From a virus (taxonomy: Duplodnaviria > Heunggongvirae > Uroviricota > Caudoviricetes): a stretch of DNA of 32,435 nt. The stretch lies in the IMG/VR virus record IMGVR_UViG_2690316131_000024; one strand, given 5' to 3'. This document shows, piece after piece, positions 17,363 to 26,572 of the stretch. Position 1 is the stretch's first letter. Every line of letters begins with the position of its first letter. Both the position numbers and the translations under genes were made by a program. Below the pieces are notes generated by a model. The model was not told the origin of the DNA and did not search any database. It was given only the letters and a program-made list of their open reading frames with translations.

Positions 17363-18100
17363 TTAACTGGCTTTCTTTTTCGGGCGTCCACGTTTTGCCG
17401 GTGTCACGCTCCGGCTCTTACGCGGGGTACGGGTGGCCGCTTTGGGCTGCGGCTTCGGTTTCAGCTCCCGCTCCAGTCGTTCAATCTCTTTTTTGACACC
17501 TGCCTGACAGTCGAGCTGTGTCGCACGTTGCAGGTGCGCCAGCGCACCGGCGGCATCACCACCATCACGCAGAAACAGACCGGTGATTTTGTGCAGCTTT
17601 GCGCGCACTTCATCAGGCATGTCAGCCGTGGCGGTCAGTTCAAGGGTCTCCGTCAGCAGGCGGGTATCCACAGACTCACCGGCAGCGTGAGTACGCATGG
17701 CCGCGAGCGCCACCTCCTCGGTGAACATGTACGGCGGGGTGCGGCGGTGTTTACCCGGCATGGTCAGGCCGTACTTCAGGGCATAACGGGCAATCTCCAG
17801 CGCACCGGCAATATCGCCGGTATCCAGACGCCACAGCATGACCGTCATCAGAATGTCATCCTGTGCACCTTTGCCCTGCTCCAGCACGCCGTTCACCCAC
17901 GGCAACCAGAACGGCAGCAGTTCGCGTTTTTTCGCGGCCTTAAGCTCTTTTGAATAAATCGCTTTCAGTGTGCGCTGGTCTGCGGCCAGCTTGACCAGCA
18001 TCTGCTCATAGACAGTTGCATGTCGCAGCGGGGCGGCTTCCCGCTGCGCGGTCATCGCTGCCGAGACCCGCATCATGTGGCGCTGTGCGGGACTCGTCAT
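17363..18100 (-). CDS. M: Terminase endonuclease (small) subunit M, 245 aa
   Basis: 245-aa ORF with a basic Lys/Arg-rich C-terminus, downstream of N; P2 gpM position and near-identical size. Confidence 0.88.
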   Translation of the reverse strand: MTSPAQRHMMRVSAAMTAQREAAPLRHATVYEQMLVKLAADQRTLKAIYSKELKAAKKRELLPFWLPWVNGVLEQGKGAQDDILMTVMLWRLDTGDIAGALEIARYALKYGLTMPGKHRRTPPYMFTEEVALAAMRTHAAGESVDTRLLTETLELTATADMPDEVRAKLHKITGLFLRDGGDAAGALAHLQRATQLDCQAGVKKEIERLERELKPKPQPKAATRTPRKSRSVTPAKRGRPKKKAS

Positions 18101-18103
18101 CGG

Positions 18104-19177
18104 TTACGCTCCCGGCTCTGCGGTCGCTTTAGCCAGTGTGGAGAAATCACCGACCTTAATTTTTTCCACCAGACAACCGGCGGCGTAGTCTTCCACCACG
18201 TAATCAATGTTCATTGACTCGTAGTTCTCCACGCGGTCGAGTTTCGGGTTTTCCTCAATCACGCGGCGATGGCTGTCATCCATGTAGTAGATGGACAGGT
18301 TTTCCAGCTTTGTGATGAGCATCGCATCCGCCGGGAAGTACGGGACGCGTACCGCCGGCAGGTTACCGATGCGTTTCTGGCTGATGATGACGTCAGCGGC
18401 CAGCATTTCGCTGTTGTCCTGCTCCTTGTTGACGATGGGAAAATACTTGTCCGCCAGTAGCTGACGTCCCACAATCACCACAAGGTCAGGGTCTTCCTGA
18501 TACCACGGCTCAATCAGGTTGTTGGTCGCATCCATCACCAGTGCGTCAAGGCTGGCATAATCACCGCCCTTACCCACGCGGATAACCTCAGAGGTGGTGT
18601 GCCCTTCCTCGTCAGTGACCTTGCTCATCACGCGCGCCGGTGCTTCATTGCGGTATTTCTGCAGCCAGCCGACCGCCACATCCTGTAGCATCGGATTACT
18701 GCTGCGGTCAGAGGTTTCGGCACGCCTCACGCCGTTAAAACCGGCCATGATTAAATCAAGGGACTGGCGTTTGATAATGGCGTTACGGATACGGAGCTGG
18801 AAATCCTGATAACGCGCCCACAGGTCAAGCGTTTTGTAGCGGATATAAAAATCGAAGTTAATCTGGTCGCATTCGTACTTGTTTGACGCCAGCTTCGAGA
18901 AGTCCTTCGGCTGACGCTCGGTGCCACCGGCGGTGTCGCTGGTGCTGGCGATGGAGCCGGTGACACCGATACCAATTTTTTCCCCTTTCATTTCGCTGAC
19001 CGGCACAATGTTGATGCGGGTCAGAAAGTCAGAGGACTCCTGCATGGTGTTCATCAGGGTCTGGGTGACCGACGGTTCAACGGTGAATTTTTTCGACACA
19101 TCACCGGCGTCGATGCCGTTCAGTTCGGCAACACGGGACAGGTAGGCATTAAATTTAAAGCGGGTTTCCTGGCGCAT
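18104..19177 (-). CDS. N: Major capsid protein N, 357 aa
   Basis: 357-aa ORF, same length and position as P2 gpN. Confidence 0.9.
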   Translation of the reverse strand: MRQETRFKFNAYLSRVAELNGIDAGDVSKKFTVEPSVTQTLMNTMQESSDFLTRINIVPVSEMKGEKIGIGVTGSIASTSDTAGGTERQPKDFSKLASNKYECDQINFDFYIRYKTLDLWARYQDFQLRIRNAIIKRQSLDLIMAGFNGVRRAETSDRSSNPMLQDVAVGWLQKYRNEAPARVMSKVTDEEGHTTSEVIRVGKGGDYASLDALVMDATNNLIEPWYQEDPDLVVIVGRQLLADKYFPIVNKEQDNSEMLAADVIISQKRIGNLPAVRVPYFPADAMLITKLENLSIYYMDDSHRRVIEENPKLDRVENYESMNIDYVVEDYAAGCLVEKIKVGDFSTLAKATAEPGA

Positions 19178-19235
19178 AGTTTTTCCTGAAATTAAGGGTT
19201 AATCGTGAAGGTTTTCCCGGACTGACTGACGCCGG

Positions 19236-20090
19236 TCAGCAGTTCGTCATCAGGGCGTCACCGCCACCGCCGGTGGCTTTACTGCGGCGCTGCTGGGTCA
19301 GACTTTCGGTGTGGTCGAGACTGTTTTTCAGGCGGGTGAATGCCTGACTGGTTTCATCCGCCCTGTCAGTCACATCCTGCTTAAGTGCGGAAAAGGCGGT
19401 TTCCATCTCAGCAAGGCGCTGCTCAGTGGCGCTCAGTTTTTCCTGCACATGCTCAGCGACAGCGGTCACCGCTTCATGCACGTCATTCAGACGGGCGTCA
19501 TCGCTGGCCTGTTTGCGGCCAAAAATGGATTTCACCTTTTCGGTCAGGGCGGTGAACACGGTTTCAGGCAGGTCTTCAAATTCCAGCTCAACAGGCGTTG
19601 CCACTGAAATCAGGTTTTCAGGGCTTAATTTGAAGCGGTTCAGGGGGTTGTGTTTTGCCGTGCGGCAGAATTCCAGGTATTCCGTGCCGAGGCTTGCCGG
19701 GTCATCGGTGACGGCCAGACCCACCAGATAACATTTGCCGGTATTGGCAAAGTTCGGCTGAATTTCCATTGAGGTATAGACCTTCTGCGCGGCCTTGTTC
19801 ATCGCGATAAGGTCATCGGTCGGGGTGATTTTCGCAAACAGCGCCCATTTGCCTTTCAGCGCCGAATCATCGTCAATCTTTTCGGCCTTCAGTTCGGCCA
19901 CATCGCCATAACGCTTAAAAATACCGTCAGGCAGGATGCCGCGCAGATGTTCCAGGTTAATGCGGCAACCATAGACTCGCGGGTCAAAGGTTTCGGCCAT
20001 TTCCTGAATATCCTGCGCACTGATGACACGCCCGTCACAGGTGTCACCCTCAACGCCGATACGAAAGAATTTTGAGACTTTTTTTGCCAT
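19236..20090 (-). CDS. O: Capsid scaffold/protease O, 284 aa
   Basis: Start taken at MAKKVSKFFRIGVEG (internal Met of the 306-aa ORF), giving the P2 gpO length; divergent from P. Confidence 0.85.
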   Translation of the reverse strand: MAKKVSKFFRIGVEGDTCDGRVISAQDIQEMAETFDPRVYGCRINLEHLRGILPDGIFKRYGDVAELKAEKIDDDSALKGKWALFAKITPTDDLIAMNKAAQKVYTSMEIQPNFANTGKCYLVGLAVTDDPASLGTEYLEFCRTAKHNPLNRFKLSPENLISVATPVELEFEDLPETVFTALTEKVKSIFGRKQASDDARLNDVHEAVTAVAEHVQEKLSATEQRLAEMETAFSALKQDVTDRADETSQAFTRLKNSLDHTESLTQQRRSKATGGGGDALMTNC

Positions 20091-20263
20091 TGTCAGGAGT
20101 CCTGAATAGTGATTAGAGGAGTCACATGTCGGCATCAGTTTCCCGACGATGCGCATCCTCCGCCATCAGTCCCGGATGGCTTATCACTGACACAACAGTA
20201 CCTTAGCGAATCGCGGGGCGCGACTCAGTAGCCTTGCCGTGTATTCATCACGGCGAGGTATTC

Positions 20264-22036
20264 ATGACCATCACCACAGACACCACTCTTTTACACGACC
20301 CGCGTCGTCAGGCGGCGCTGCTGTACTGGCAGGGGTTTTCCGTGCCGCAGATTGCCGCCATGTTGCAGATGAAACGCCCGACGGTGCAGAGCTGGAAACA
20401 GCGCGACGGCTGGGACAGCGTTGCCCCCATCAGCCGTGTCGAAATGAGTCTGGAAGCGCGGCTGACCCAGCTCATCATCAAACCGCAGAAAACCGGCGGT
20501 GACTTCAAGGAAATTGACCTGCTCGGACGCCAGATTGAACGACTGGCACGGGTCAACCGTTACAGTCAGACCGGCAACGAGGCAGACCTTAATCCGAACG
20601 TCGCTAACCGCAACAAAGGCGGGCGTCGCAAACCGAAAAAGAATTTTTTCAGTGACGAGGCCATCGAAAAGCTGGAGCAGATTTTCTTTGAGCAGTCTTT
20701 CGAATATCAGTTGCACTGGTATCGCGCCGGGCTTGAGCACCGCATCCGCGATATCCTGAAATCCCGCCAGATTGGCGCGACGTTTTATTTTTCCCGCGAG
20801 GCGCTGCTGCGCGCCCTGAAAACCGGTCATAACCAGATTTTTCTGTCGGCCAGTAAAACGCAGGCGTATGTGTTCCGCGAATACATCATCGCCTTTGCCC
20901 GGCTGGTTGACGTTGACCTGACCGGTGACCCAATCGTCCTGGGCAATAACGGCGCAAAACTGATTTTTCTCGGCACCAACTCCAACACCGCGCAGAGCCA
21001 TAACGGCGACCTGTACGTCGACGAGATTTTCTGGATCCCGAATTTTCAGGTGCTCCGTAAGGTGGCATCAGGTATGGCCTCACAGAGTCACCTGCGCTCG
21101 ACCTATTTCTCCACCCCGTCCACGCTGGCGCACGACGCCTACCCGTTCTGGTCCGGTGAACTGTTTAACCGGGGACGCGCCAGCGCCGCCGAACGCGTGG
21201 AAATCGACGTCAGTCATAACGCCCTTGCCGGTGGGCTTCTCTGTGCGGACGGCCAGTGGCGGCAGATTGTCACCATTGAGGACGCCCTGAAAGGCGGCTG
21301 CACATTGTTCGACATTGAGCAGCTTAAACGCGAAAACAGCGCCGACGATTTTAAAAACCTGTTCATGTGTGAATTTGTTGACGACAAGGCATCGGTGTTC
21401 CCGTTCGAGGAGCTGCAACGCTGCATGGTCGACACGCTGGAAGAATGGGAAGACTATGCGCCGTTTGCCGCAAATCCGTTCGGCTCACGTCCGGTATGGA
21501 TTGGTTACGACCCGTCACACCGTGGCGACAGCGCCGGATGCGTGGTACTGGCACCGCCGGTGGTGGCCGGTGGCAAATTCAGAATACTTGAGCGTCACCA
21601 GTGGAAAGGCATGGACTTTGCCACCCAGGCGGAATCCATCCGCAAACTCACCGAAAAATACAACGTCGAATACATCGGAATTGATGCCACCGGCCTCGGT
21701 GTCGGCGTGTTCCAGCTCGTGCGCTCGTTCTATCCCGCCGCGCGCGATATCCGCTACACGCCGGAAATGAAAACCGCAATGGTGCTCAAGGCAAAAGACG
21801 TTATCCGCCGTGGCTGTCTGGAATATGACGTCAGCGCCACCGACATCACCAGCTCGTTTATGGCTATCCGCAAGACCATGACCAGCAGCGGACGCAGTGC
21901 CACCTATGAGGCCAGCCGCAGCGAGGAAGCCAGCCACGCCGACCTCGCCTGGGCGACCATGCACGCCCTGTTAAATGAGCCACTCACCGCCGGTATCAGC
22001 ACCCCGCTGACATCCACCATTCTGGAGTTTTACTGA
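20264..22036 (+). CDS. P: Terminase ATPase (large) subunit P, ~590 aa
   Basis: Start taken at MTITTDTTLL, preceded by GAGGT 7 nt upstream; gives the P2 gpP length; stop overlaps the Q start (ATGA). Confidence 0.88.
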   Translation: MTITTDTTLLHDPRRQAALLYWQGFSVPQIAAMLQMKRPTVQSWKQRDGWDSVAPISRVEMSLEARLTQLIIKPQKTGGDFKEIDLLGRQIERLARVNRYSQTGNEADLNPNVANRNKGGRRKPKKNFFSDEAIEKLEQIFFEQSFEYQLHWYRAGLEHRIRDILKSRQIGATFYFSREALLRALKTGHNQIFLSASKTQAYVFREYIIAFARLVDVDLTGDPIVLGNNGAKLIFLGTNSNTAQSHNGDLYVDEIFWIPNFQVLRKVASGMASQSHLRSTYFSTPSTLAHDAYPFWSGELFNRGRASAAERVEIDVSHNALAGGLLCADGQWRQIVTIEDALKGGCTLFDIEQLKRENSADDFKNLFMCEFVDDKASVFPFEELQRCMVDTLEEWEDYAPFAANPFGSRPVWIGYDPSHRGDSAGCVVLAPPVVAGGKFRILERHQWKGMDFATQAESIRKLTEKYNVEYIGIDATGLGVGVFQLVRSFYPAARDIRYTPEMKTAMVLKAKDVIRRGCLEYDVSATDITSSFMAIRKTMTSSGRSATYEASRSEEASHADLAWATMHALLNEPLTAGISTPLTSTILEFY

Positions 22037-23070
22037 TGAGCAAGAAAAAAGGGAAAACACCGCAACCTGCGGCAAAAAAAATGACCGCCAGCGCCCCGAA
22101 AATGGAAGCATTCACCTTTGGCGAGCCGGTGCCGGTACTCGACCGCCGTGACATTCTGGATTACGTCGAGTGCATCAGTAACGGCAGATGGTATGAGCCA
22201 CCAGTCAGCTTTACCGGTCTGGCAAAAAGCCTGCGTGCTGCCGTGCATCACAGCTCACCGATTTACGTCAAACGTAATATTCTGGCTTCAACGTTTATCC
22301 CGCACCCGTGGCTTTCCCAGCAGGATTTCAGCCGCTTTGTGCTGGATTTTCTGGTGTTCGGTAATGCGTTTCTGGAAAAGCGTTACAGCCCCACCGGTAA
22401 GGTCATCAGACTGGAAACCTCACCGGCAAAATATACCCGCCGTGGCGTGGAGGAGGATGTTTACTGGTGGGTGCCGTCCTTCAACGAGCCGACAGCCTTC
22501 GCGCCCGGTTCCGTGTTTCACCTGCTGGAGCCCGATATTAATCAGGAGCTGTACGGCCTGCCGGAATATCTCAGCGCCCTTAACTCTGCCTGGCTGAATG
22601 AGTCGGCCACGCTGTTCCGCCGCAAGTATTACGAAAACGGCGCACATGCCGGATACATCATGTACGTTACCGATGCCGTGCAGGATCGCAACGATATCGA
22701 AATGCTTCGCGAAAACATGGTTAAGTCGAAAGGCCGCAATAACTTTAAAAATCTGTTTCTCTATGCCCCGCAGGGGAAAGCCGACGGCATTAAAATTATC
22801 CCCCTCAGTGAAGTGGCAACGAAGGACGATTTTTTTAATATCAAAAAAGCCAGCGCCGCTGACCTGCTGGACGCGCACCGCATCCCCTTTCAGTTGATGG
22901 GCGGCAAGCCGGAGAACGTCGGGTCGCTGGGTGATATTGAGAAAGTGGCAAAGGTCTTTGTCCGCAATGAGCTTATCCCGCTACAGGACAGGATCCGCGA
23001 GATAAACGGCTGGCTCGGTCAGGAGGTCATCCGCTTTAAAAACTACTCACTGGACACTGACAACGGCTGA
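22036..23070 (+). CDS. Q: Portal (capsid) protein Q, 344 aa
   Basis: 344-aa ORF, same length and position as P2 gpQ, last gene before cos. Confidence 0.9.
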   Translation: MSKKKGKTPQPAAKKMTASAPKMEAFTFGEPVPVLDRRDILDYVECISNGRWYEPPVSFTGLAKSLRAAVHHSSPIYVKRNILASTFIPHPWLSQQDFSRFVLDFLVFGNAFLEKRYSPTGKVIRLETSPAKYTRRGVEEDVYWWVPSFNEPTAFAPGSVFHLLEPDINQELYGLPEYLSALNSAWLNESATLFRRKYYENGAHAGYIMYVTDAVQDRNDIEMLRENMVKSKGRNNFKNLFLYAPQGKADGIKIIPLSEVATKDDFFNIKKASAADLLDAHRIPFQLMGGKPENVGSLGDIEKVAKVFVRNELIPLQDRIREINGWLGQEVIRFKNYSLDTDNG

Positions 23071-23075
23071 ACATC

Positions 23076-23097
23076 GCCGCCTGCGGGCGGCTTTTTT
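23076..23097 (+). terminator. Rho-independent terminator of the P-Q operon
   Basis: gccgcc-tgcg-ggcggc stem-loop followed directly by TTTTTT, 5 nt after the Q stop. Confidence 0.7.
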
Positions 23098-23239
23098 ACA
23101 CCCCGTCATCACGCCCTCACACGCTCACCACCGCACAAAACACCCCGCAGACACACCAACGCCTCAACGGGCAGACTAAGCGCCTTCACGACGCGCTCAG
23201 ACGCTGAAAAAATAAAATCAGCACCACCGCCAGCGCGCA

Positions 23240-23258
23240 GTGCTTTCCCCGCCTCGCC
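23240..23258 (-). other. cos: cos site (19-nt cohesive-end sequence, P2 type)
   Basis: gtgctttccccgcctcgcc is the reverse complement of GGCGAGGCGGGGAAAGCAC, which I recall as the P2 cohesive end; located just beyond Q as in P2. Confidence 0.8.
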
Positions 23259-23501
23259 CGCCCGCTTCATGGGGCGGTTTTAATGCAGTTGCACAGCCAT
23301 GTCAAAGCCATGTCAACACTAGCAGTATGTAAAAAGAGCAGATATAAGAAACAAATGCAGTTTCATGCAAAAAGCGACACACATCATGTCATGAAACAAA
23401 GCCGCTAATGAACACTTGCTTTGGTTATCTTAAGGTTTTATCTTCAGCCTAACCTATTGATTGCATGAAACTAAAATGAACTCTCAGCAAGGAACGACTA
23501 T

Positions 23502-25460
23502 ATGTCAGATTTCGAAATTAAAATTGATTTGAATGTGCTAAATCACCTAGGGATGAGTCTCTATTCCAATACTCCCGCGGTACTAACTGAGATTATATCA
23601 AATGCATGGGATGCAGATGCTCAAAATGTAGAAATTACACTTGATGTTGAGAAAGGAGAGGTCATCATTAAAGATGATGGTCATGGCATGTCTAAAGATG
23701 ACATTATTAATAAGTTCCTAAAAGTCGGTTATGCTCGCAGGGAACATGGAAGAGCCAAAAGCGATCATCTAAAACGTCAAGTTATGGGCAGAAAAGGTAT
23801 TGGTAAGCTTGCCATGTTTTCACTTGCCAATAAAATCCAAGTTTATTCGTACAAAAAGGGGGAACAGCCTCAGGCCTTTGAGGTAGATGTCAAAGATTTA
23901 CAGCAAAGTATCAAAGAATCAAAAAACTATATTGCTGACTCCCTTGAAATACCCGAAAATCTTGCTTACGGCACTACAATTAAATTATTTGAACTAAAAA
24001 AAGCCATTGATAGGACTCAAACTTACCTCAGAAAGCGAATAGCTCGTCGATTTAGCATTATTGGCCCCAACCATAACTTTACAGTTAAAATTAATGGGAC
24101 CGATATTACACCGGCAGATAGAGATTTCCTTTCAGATCTCGAGTTCATTTGGGAATTTGGCGAATCCGACCCTGAAAGGATAAAATCCTGCACAAACATC
24201 ACACAAAAAAACATATTACCAAATACTATTACCTTTGAAGGAAAAGATGTAAAAGTTAGTGGGTACATTGGCAGTGTAGTTAAGCCATCACAGTTAAAGA
24301 AAGACCCTGAAATATCTAACAACAGCATTACTGTAATCTCTCACGGACGTGTTTTTGAGGAGGACATATTATTAGAATTTGGAAGTGCTAAAGTATTCAC
24401 CAATTATCTGGTCGGTGAAATAGTCGCCGATTTTCTAGATGATAACGAAAAGCCTGATATGGCAACATCTTCTCGTCAAAAACTACAACAGAATGATCCA
24501 AGATACCCTGTACTTAAAGGTTTTCTGGAAAGAACGCTACAACTAATCGATAAAGATTGGGATAAATGGAGACGCGAAAAAGGAGTAAATGAAGTTAAAA
24601 GCAATACTCCAATAGTAAGTGAATGGCTGAATTCTCTCAAAAAACATGAGAGAGAAAGTGCCGAAAAGTTAATTGGACGAGTAAACACATTCCGTTTTTC
24701 TGGTAATGAGGAAGAACAAAAAGCAGCAAGAAAAACCGTATTAAAAAATACGGTATTAGCCTTTGAAAGACTTAGAATTCAAGACAACCTTGATGCATTA
24801 GATAAAATAAGCAACCTTCAATCAGAAAATTTTAAAGATGTATTTGCATCTGTCAATGACATTGAAGCAAGCATGTTTTATGAAATTACTTCGCAACGCC
24901 TTAAAGTAATTGAAAAATTCCAAAAAATAACTGATGAAAATCAGCTTGAAAGAGCTGTACAAATGTATTTATATGATCATTTATGGTTATTGGATCCTTC
25001 ATGGGAAAGAGTCACAGGCACATCTGTTATGGAGCAAACATTGACCAAGGAACTAAAACAGATAAACCCTGATGCTGCTAGCGGTGCTCGTATTGATATC
25101 GCTTTCAAAACCGTTTCTGGCAAGCATGTAATTATTGAGATGAAACGACCTAAAGTGCACCCAGATATAATGAACCTAGTCGCACAAGGTAATAAATATG
25201 TACAGGCAACGACACAATGGTTCTCCAATAACCCTAAAAATTGCCCAGGTGGAAATATACCGCATATAGAAGTAATATTCCTGGTTGGCTCTGGATATTT
25301 ACAAGAGAACCAACACTTTATAAATATGCAATTACTTTCTATCAATGGAAAAATATTGACATATAATGACCTAATCGTGCAATCAAAACAAGCCTATGCT
25401 GAATATCAAGACAAAAAGAATGATGCAGCTAGAATTATGAAAATAGTTGAGGGAATCTAA
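23502..25460 (+). CDS. GHKL-family ATPase (MutL/MORC/Hsp90-like Bergerat fold) with C-terminal PD-(D/E)xK-like nuclease motif, 652 aa; candidate defence/restriction protein
   Basis: N-box EIISNAWDA, G1 box IKDDGHGM, G2 box GRKGIGKLAMFS and YGTTIKLFEL in canonical order within the first ~170 aa. Near the C-terminus ARIDIAFKTVSGKHVIIEMKRPK fits D-x(n)-E-x-K. AT-rich gene with an AAGGAA RBS 7 nt before the ATG. Family placement is from motifs only. Confidence 0.7.
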   Translation: MSDFEIKIDLNVLNHLGMSLYSNTPAVLTEIISNAWDADAQNVEITLDVEKGEVIIKDDGHGMSKDDIINKFLKVGYARREHGRAKSDHLKRQVMGRKGIGKLAMFSLANKIQVYSYKKGEQPQAFEVDVKDLQQSIKESKNYIADSLEIPENLAYGTTIKLFELKKAIDRTQTYLRKRIARRFSIIGPNHNFTVKINGTDITPADRDFLSDLEFIWEFGESDPERIKSCTNITQKNILPNTITFEGKDVKVSGYIGSVVKPSQLKKDPEISNNSITVISHGRVFEEDILLEFGSAKVFTNYLVGEIVADFLDDNEKPDMATSSRQKLQQNDPRYPVLKGFLERTLQLIDKDWDKWRREKGVNEVKSNTPIVSEWLNSLKKHERESAEKLIGRVNTFRFSGNEEEQKAARKTVLKNTVLAFERLRIQDNLDALDKISNLQSENFKDVFASVNDIEASMFYEITSQRLKVIEKFQKITDENQLERAVQMYLYDHLWLLDPSWERVTGTSVMEQTLTKELKQINPDAASGARIDIAFKTVSGKHVIIEMKRPKVHPDIMNLVAQGNKYVQATTQWFSNNPKNCPGGNIPHIEVIFLVGSGYLQENQHFINMQLLSINGKILTYNDLIVQSKQAYAEYQDKKNDAARIMKIVEGI

Positions 25461-25466
25461 TTATAC

Positions 25467-25490
25467 CCCCCCTGTTTTTTGACAGGGGGG
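25467..25490. terminator. GC-rich hairpin between the convergent ATPase and methyltransferase genes (candidate bidirectional terminator)
   Basis: cccccctg-ttttttga-cagggggg, a perfect 8-bp stem between the two stop codons (25460 and 25503). Confidence 0.55.
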
Positions 25491-25502
25491 ATGACATAAG
25501 TT

Positions 25503-26552
25503 TTAAATATTCATTTCTGACAAATGTTTTAAAATAGTTTCACCTACGACCTCACCAAGCCTAACAGGAACAGCATTACCTATTAAACGCGCAACTGTTC
25601 TCATTTCAATTTTTACATCATCAGGCCAAAACTCATACTTTTCTGGGAATGACTGTAATAGCGCAGCCTCTCTTAAACTTAATGCTCTATTTTGGACAGG
25701 GTGCCCAAAGCGTCCATTCCCATATCCAATACATTGAGTTGTAATTGTCGGTCCAAGTTTATCCCAACACATTCTCCCATATACAGCAGTATATGTAGAA
25801 CCACTTTCTTTTGTATGACATTTTGCTCTTAGCTCTTCTGGCCAATCACGCCATGTTCCACCAGGTTTTGATGCCATTATTCTTTTTATATTAATATCAG
25901 ATAATGATGCAGAGCGATGTAGTTTATCTCCAGCGTGAACAGCACCGGCACTAATTTCAGGAAGATTACCGATTATATCTCGCACCGTTTTATAATCATT
26001 CTTCTCATGAGTTGGTGGAATTATTTCTATTTCTCCATATTTTGATGCCAATAACACTAATCTTGAACGACTTTGTGCCATTCCATAGTCTGGACAAAAC
26101 ACCACCCCATACCAAACAAAATAGCCATCATTTTTAAGAGACTTAATGAAGTCCTTAAAAACCTTATGATTCACCACTCGGGGAACGTTTTCCATTGTAA
26201 TAATATCTGGCTTTGCAAATTTAATTTGCTTAGCAAAGCTATAAAGCAAAGACCATCTTTTATCTTTTGAACGTACTACCCCTAATTTAGCACTATTGGT
26301 ATAGCTTGAAAAAGGTTGGCATGGGGCACAACCAGCCAAAACTCGAACCTTCGCTCCTTCGAAATATTTAACTAATTCGCCGTCCTCAATGTCTGTAACA
26401 CTTTTCTGGACAAAGAGTGATTTATTATTTGTCTCATAGGCAAATCGACAGGCTGCATCTATATCATAACCTGCAACTACATTAAGCCCCGACTTCTGAA
26501 GACCGTGAGTCAAGCCACCCGCGCCACAGAATAAATCAACAACCTTAATCAA
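25503..26552 (-). CDS. DNA (cytosine-5)-methyltransferase, ~349 aa
   Basis: All core m5C-MTase motifs in order: DLFCGAGG (I), GCAPCQPFS (IV), ENV (VI), QSRSRLV (VIII), GNAVPV (X). Start proposed at TTG 26550..26552 preceded by AGAAGGAGG (6-nt spacer); the 383-aa ORF-track version extends into the promoter region. Confidence 0.85.
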   Translation of the reverse strand: MIKVVDLFCGAGGLTHGLQKSGLNVVAGYDIDAACRFAYETNNKSLFVQKSVTDIEDGELVKYFEGAKVRVLAGCAPCQPFSSYTNSAKLGVVRSKDKRWSLLYSFAKQIKFAKPDIITMENVPRVVNHKVFKDFIKSLKNDGYFVWYGVVFCPDYGMAQSRSRLVLLASKYGEIEIIPPTHEKNDYKTVRDIIGNLPEISAGAVHAGDKLHRSASLSDINIKRIMASKPGGTWRDWPEELRAKCHTKESGSTYTAVYGRMCWDKLGPTITTQCIGYGNGRFGHPVQNRALSLREAALLQSFPEKYEFWPDDVKIEMRTVARLIGNAVPVRLGEVVGETILKHLSEMNI

Positions 26553-26572
26553 GATAAACCTCCTTCTAATGC

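Noticed and set aside
17360-17953. 197-aa plus-strand ORF inside gene M, and similar antisense ORFs inside N, P, Q, A and the lysis genes (e.g. 20291..21001, 21515..21964, 22420..22878, 16658..17068)
   Set aside because: Each lies antisense to, or out of frame within, a gene matching a P2 protein; none has a start context or recognisable domain.
19178-19235. Imperfect palindrome ctgacgccggtcag between O and N as a terminator
   Set aside because: Stem is imperfect with no U-tract, and the two genes belong to the same late operon in P2.
20091-20263. Search for Ogr-dependent late-promoter elements (TGT-N12-ACA) in the O/P divergent region and upstream of FI and V
   Set aside because: No clean match found by eye on either strand; late promoters are probably present but cannot be placed without a position-weight-matrix scan.
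24023-25345. Minus-strand ORFs (70-122 aa) inside the ATPase-nuclease gene, and the 65-aa plus-strand ORF 26073..26270 inside the methyltransferase
   Set aside because: Antisense artefacts of AT-rich coding sequence; Leu/Ser/Phe-rich translations with no motifs.
23502-25460. Possibility that the 652-aa protein is the P2 Old exclusion protein
   Set aside because: Old is an ABC-type ATPase with a Walker A P-loop and a TOPRIM nuclease domain. Here the N-terminus has the GHKL motif set instead, and the glycine-rich GRKGIGKL loop sits where the G2 box is expected.
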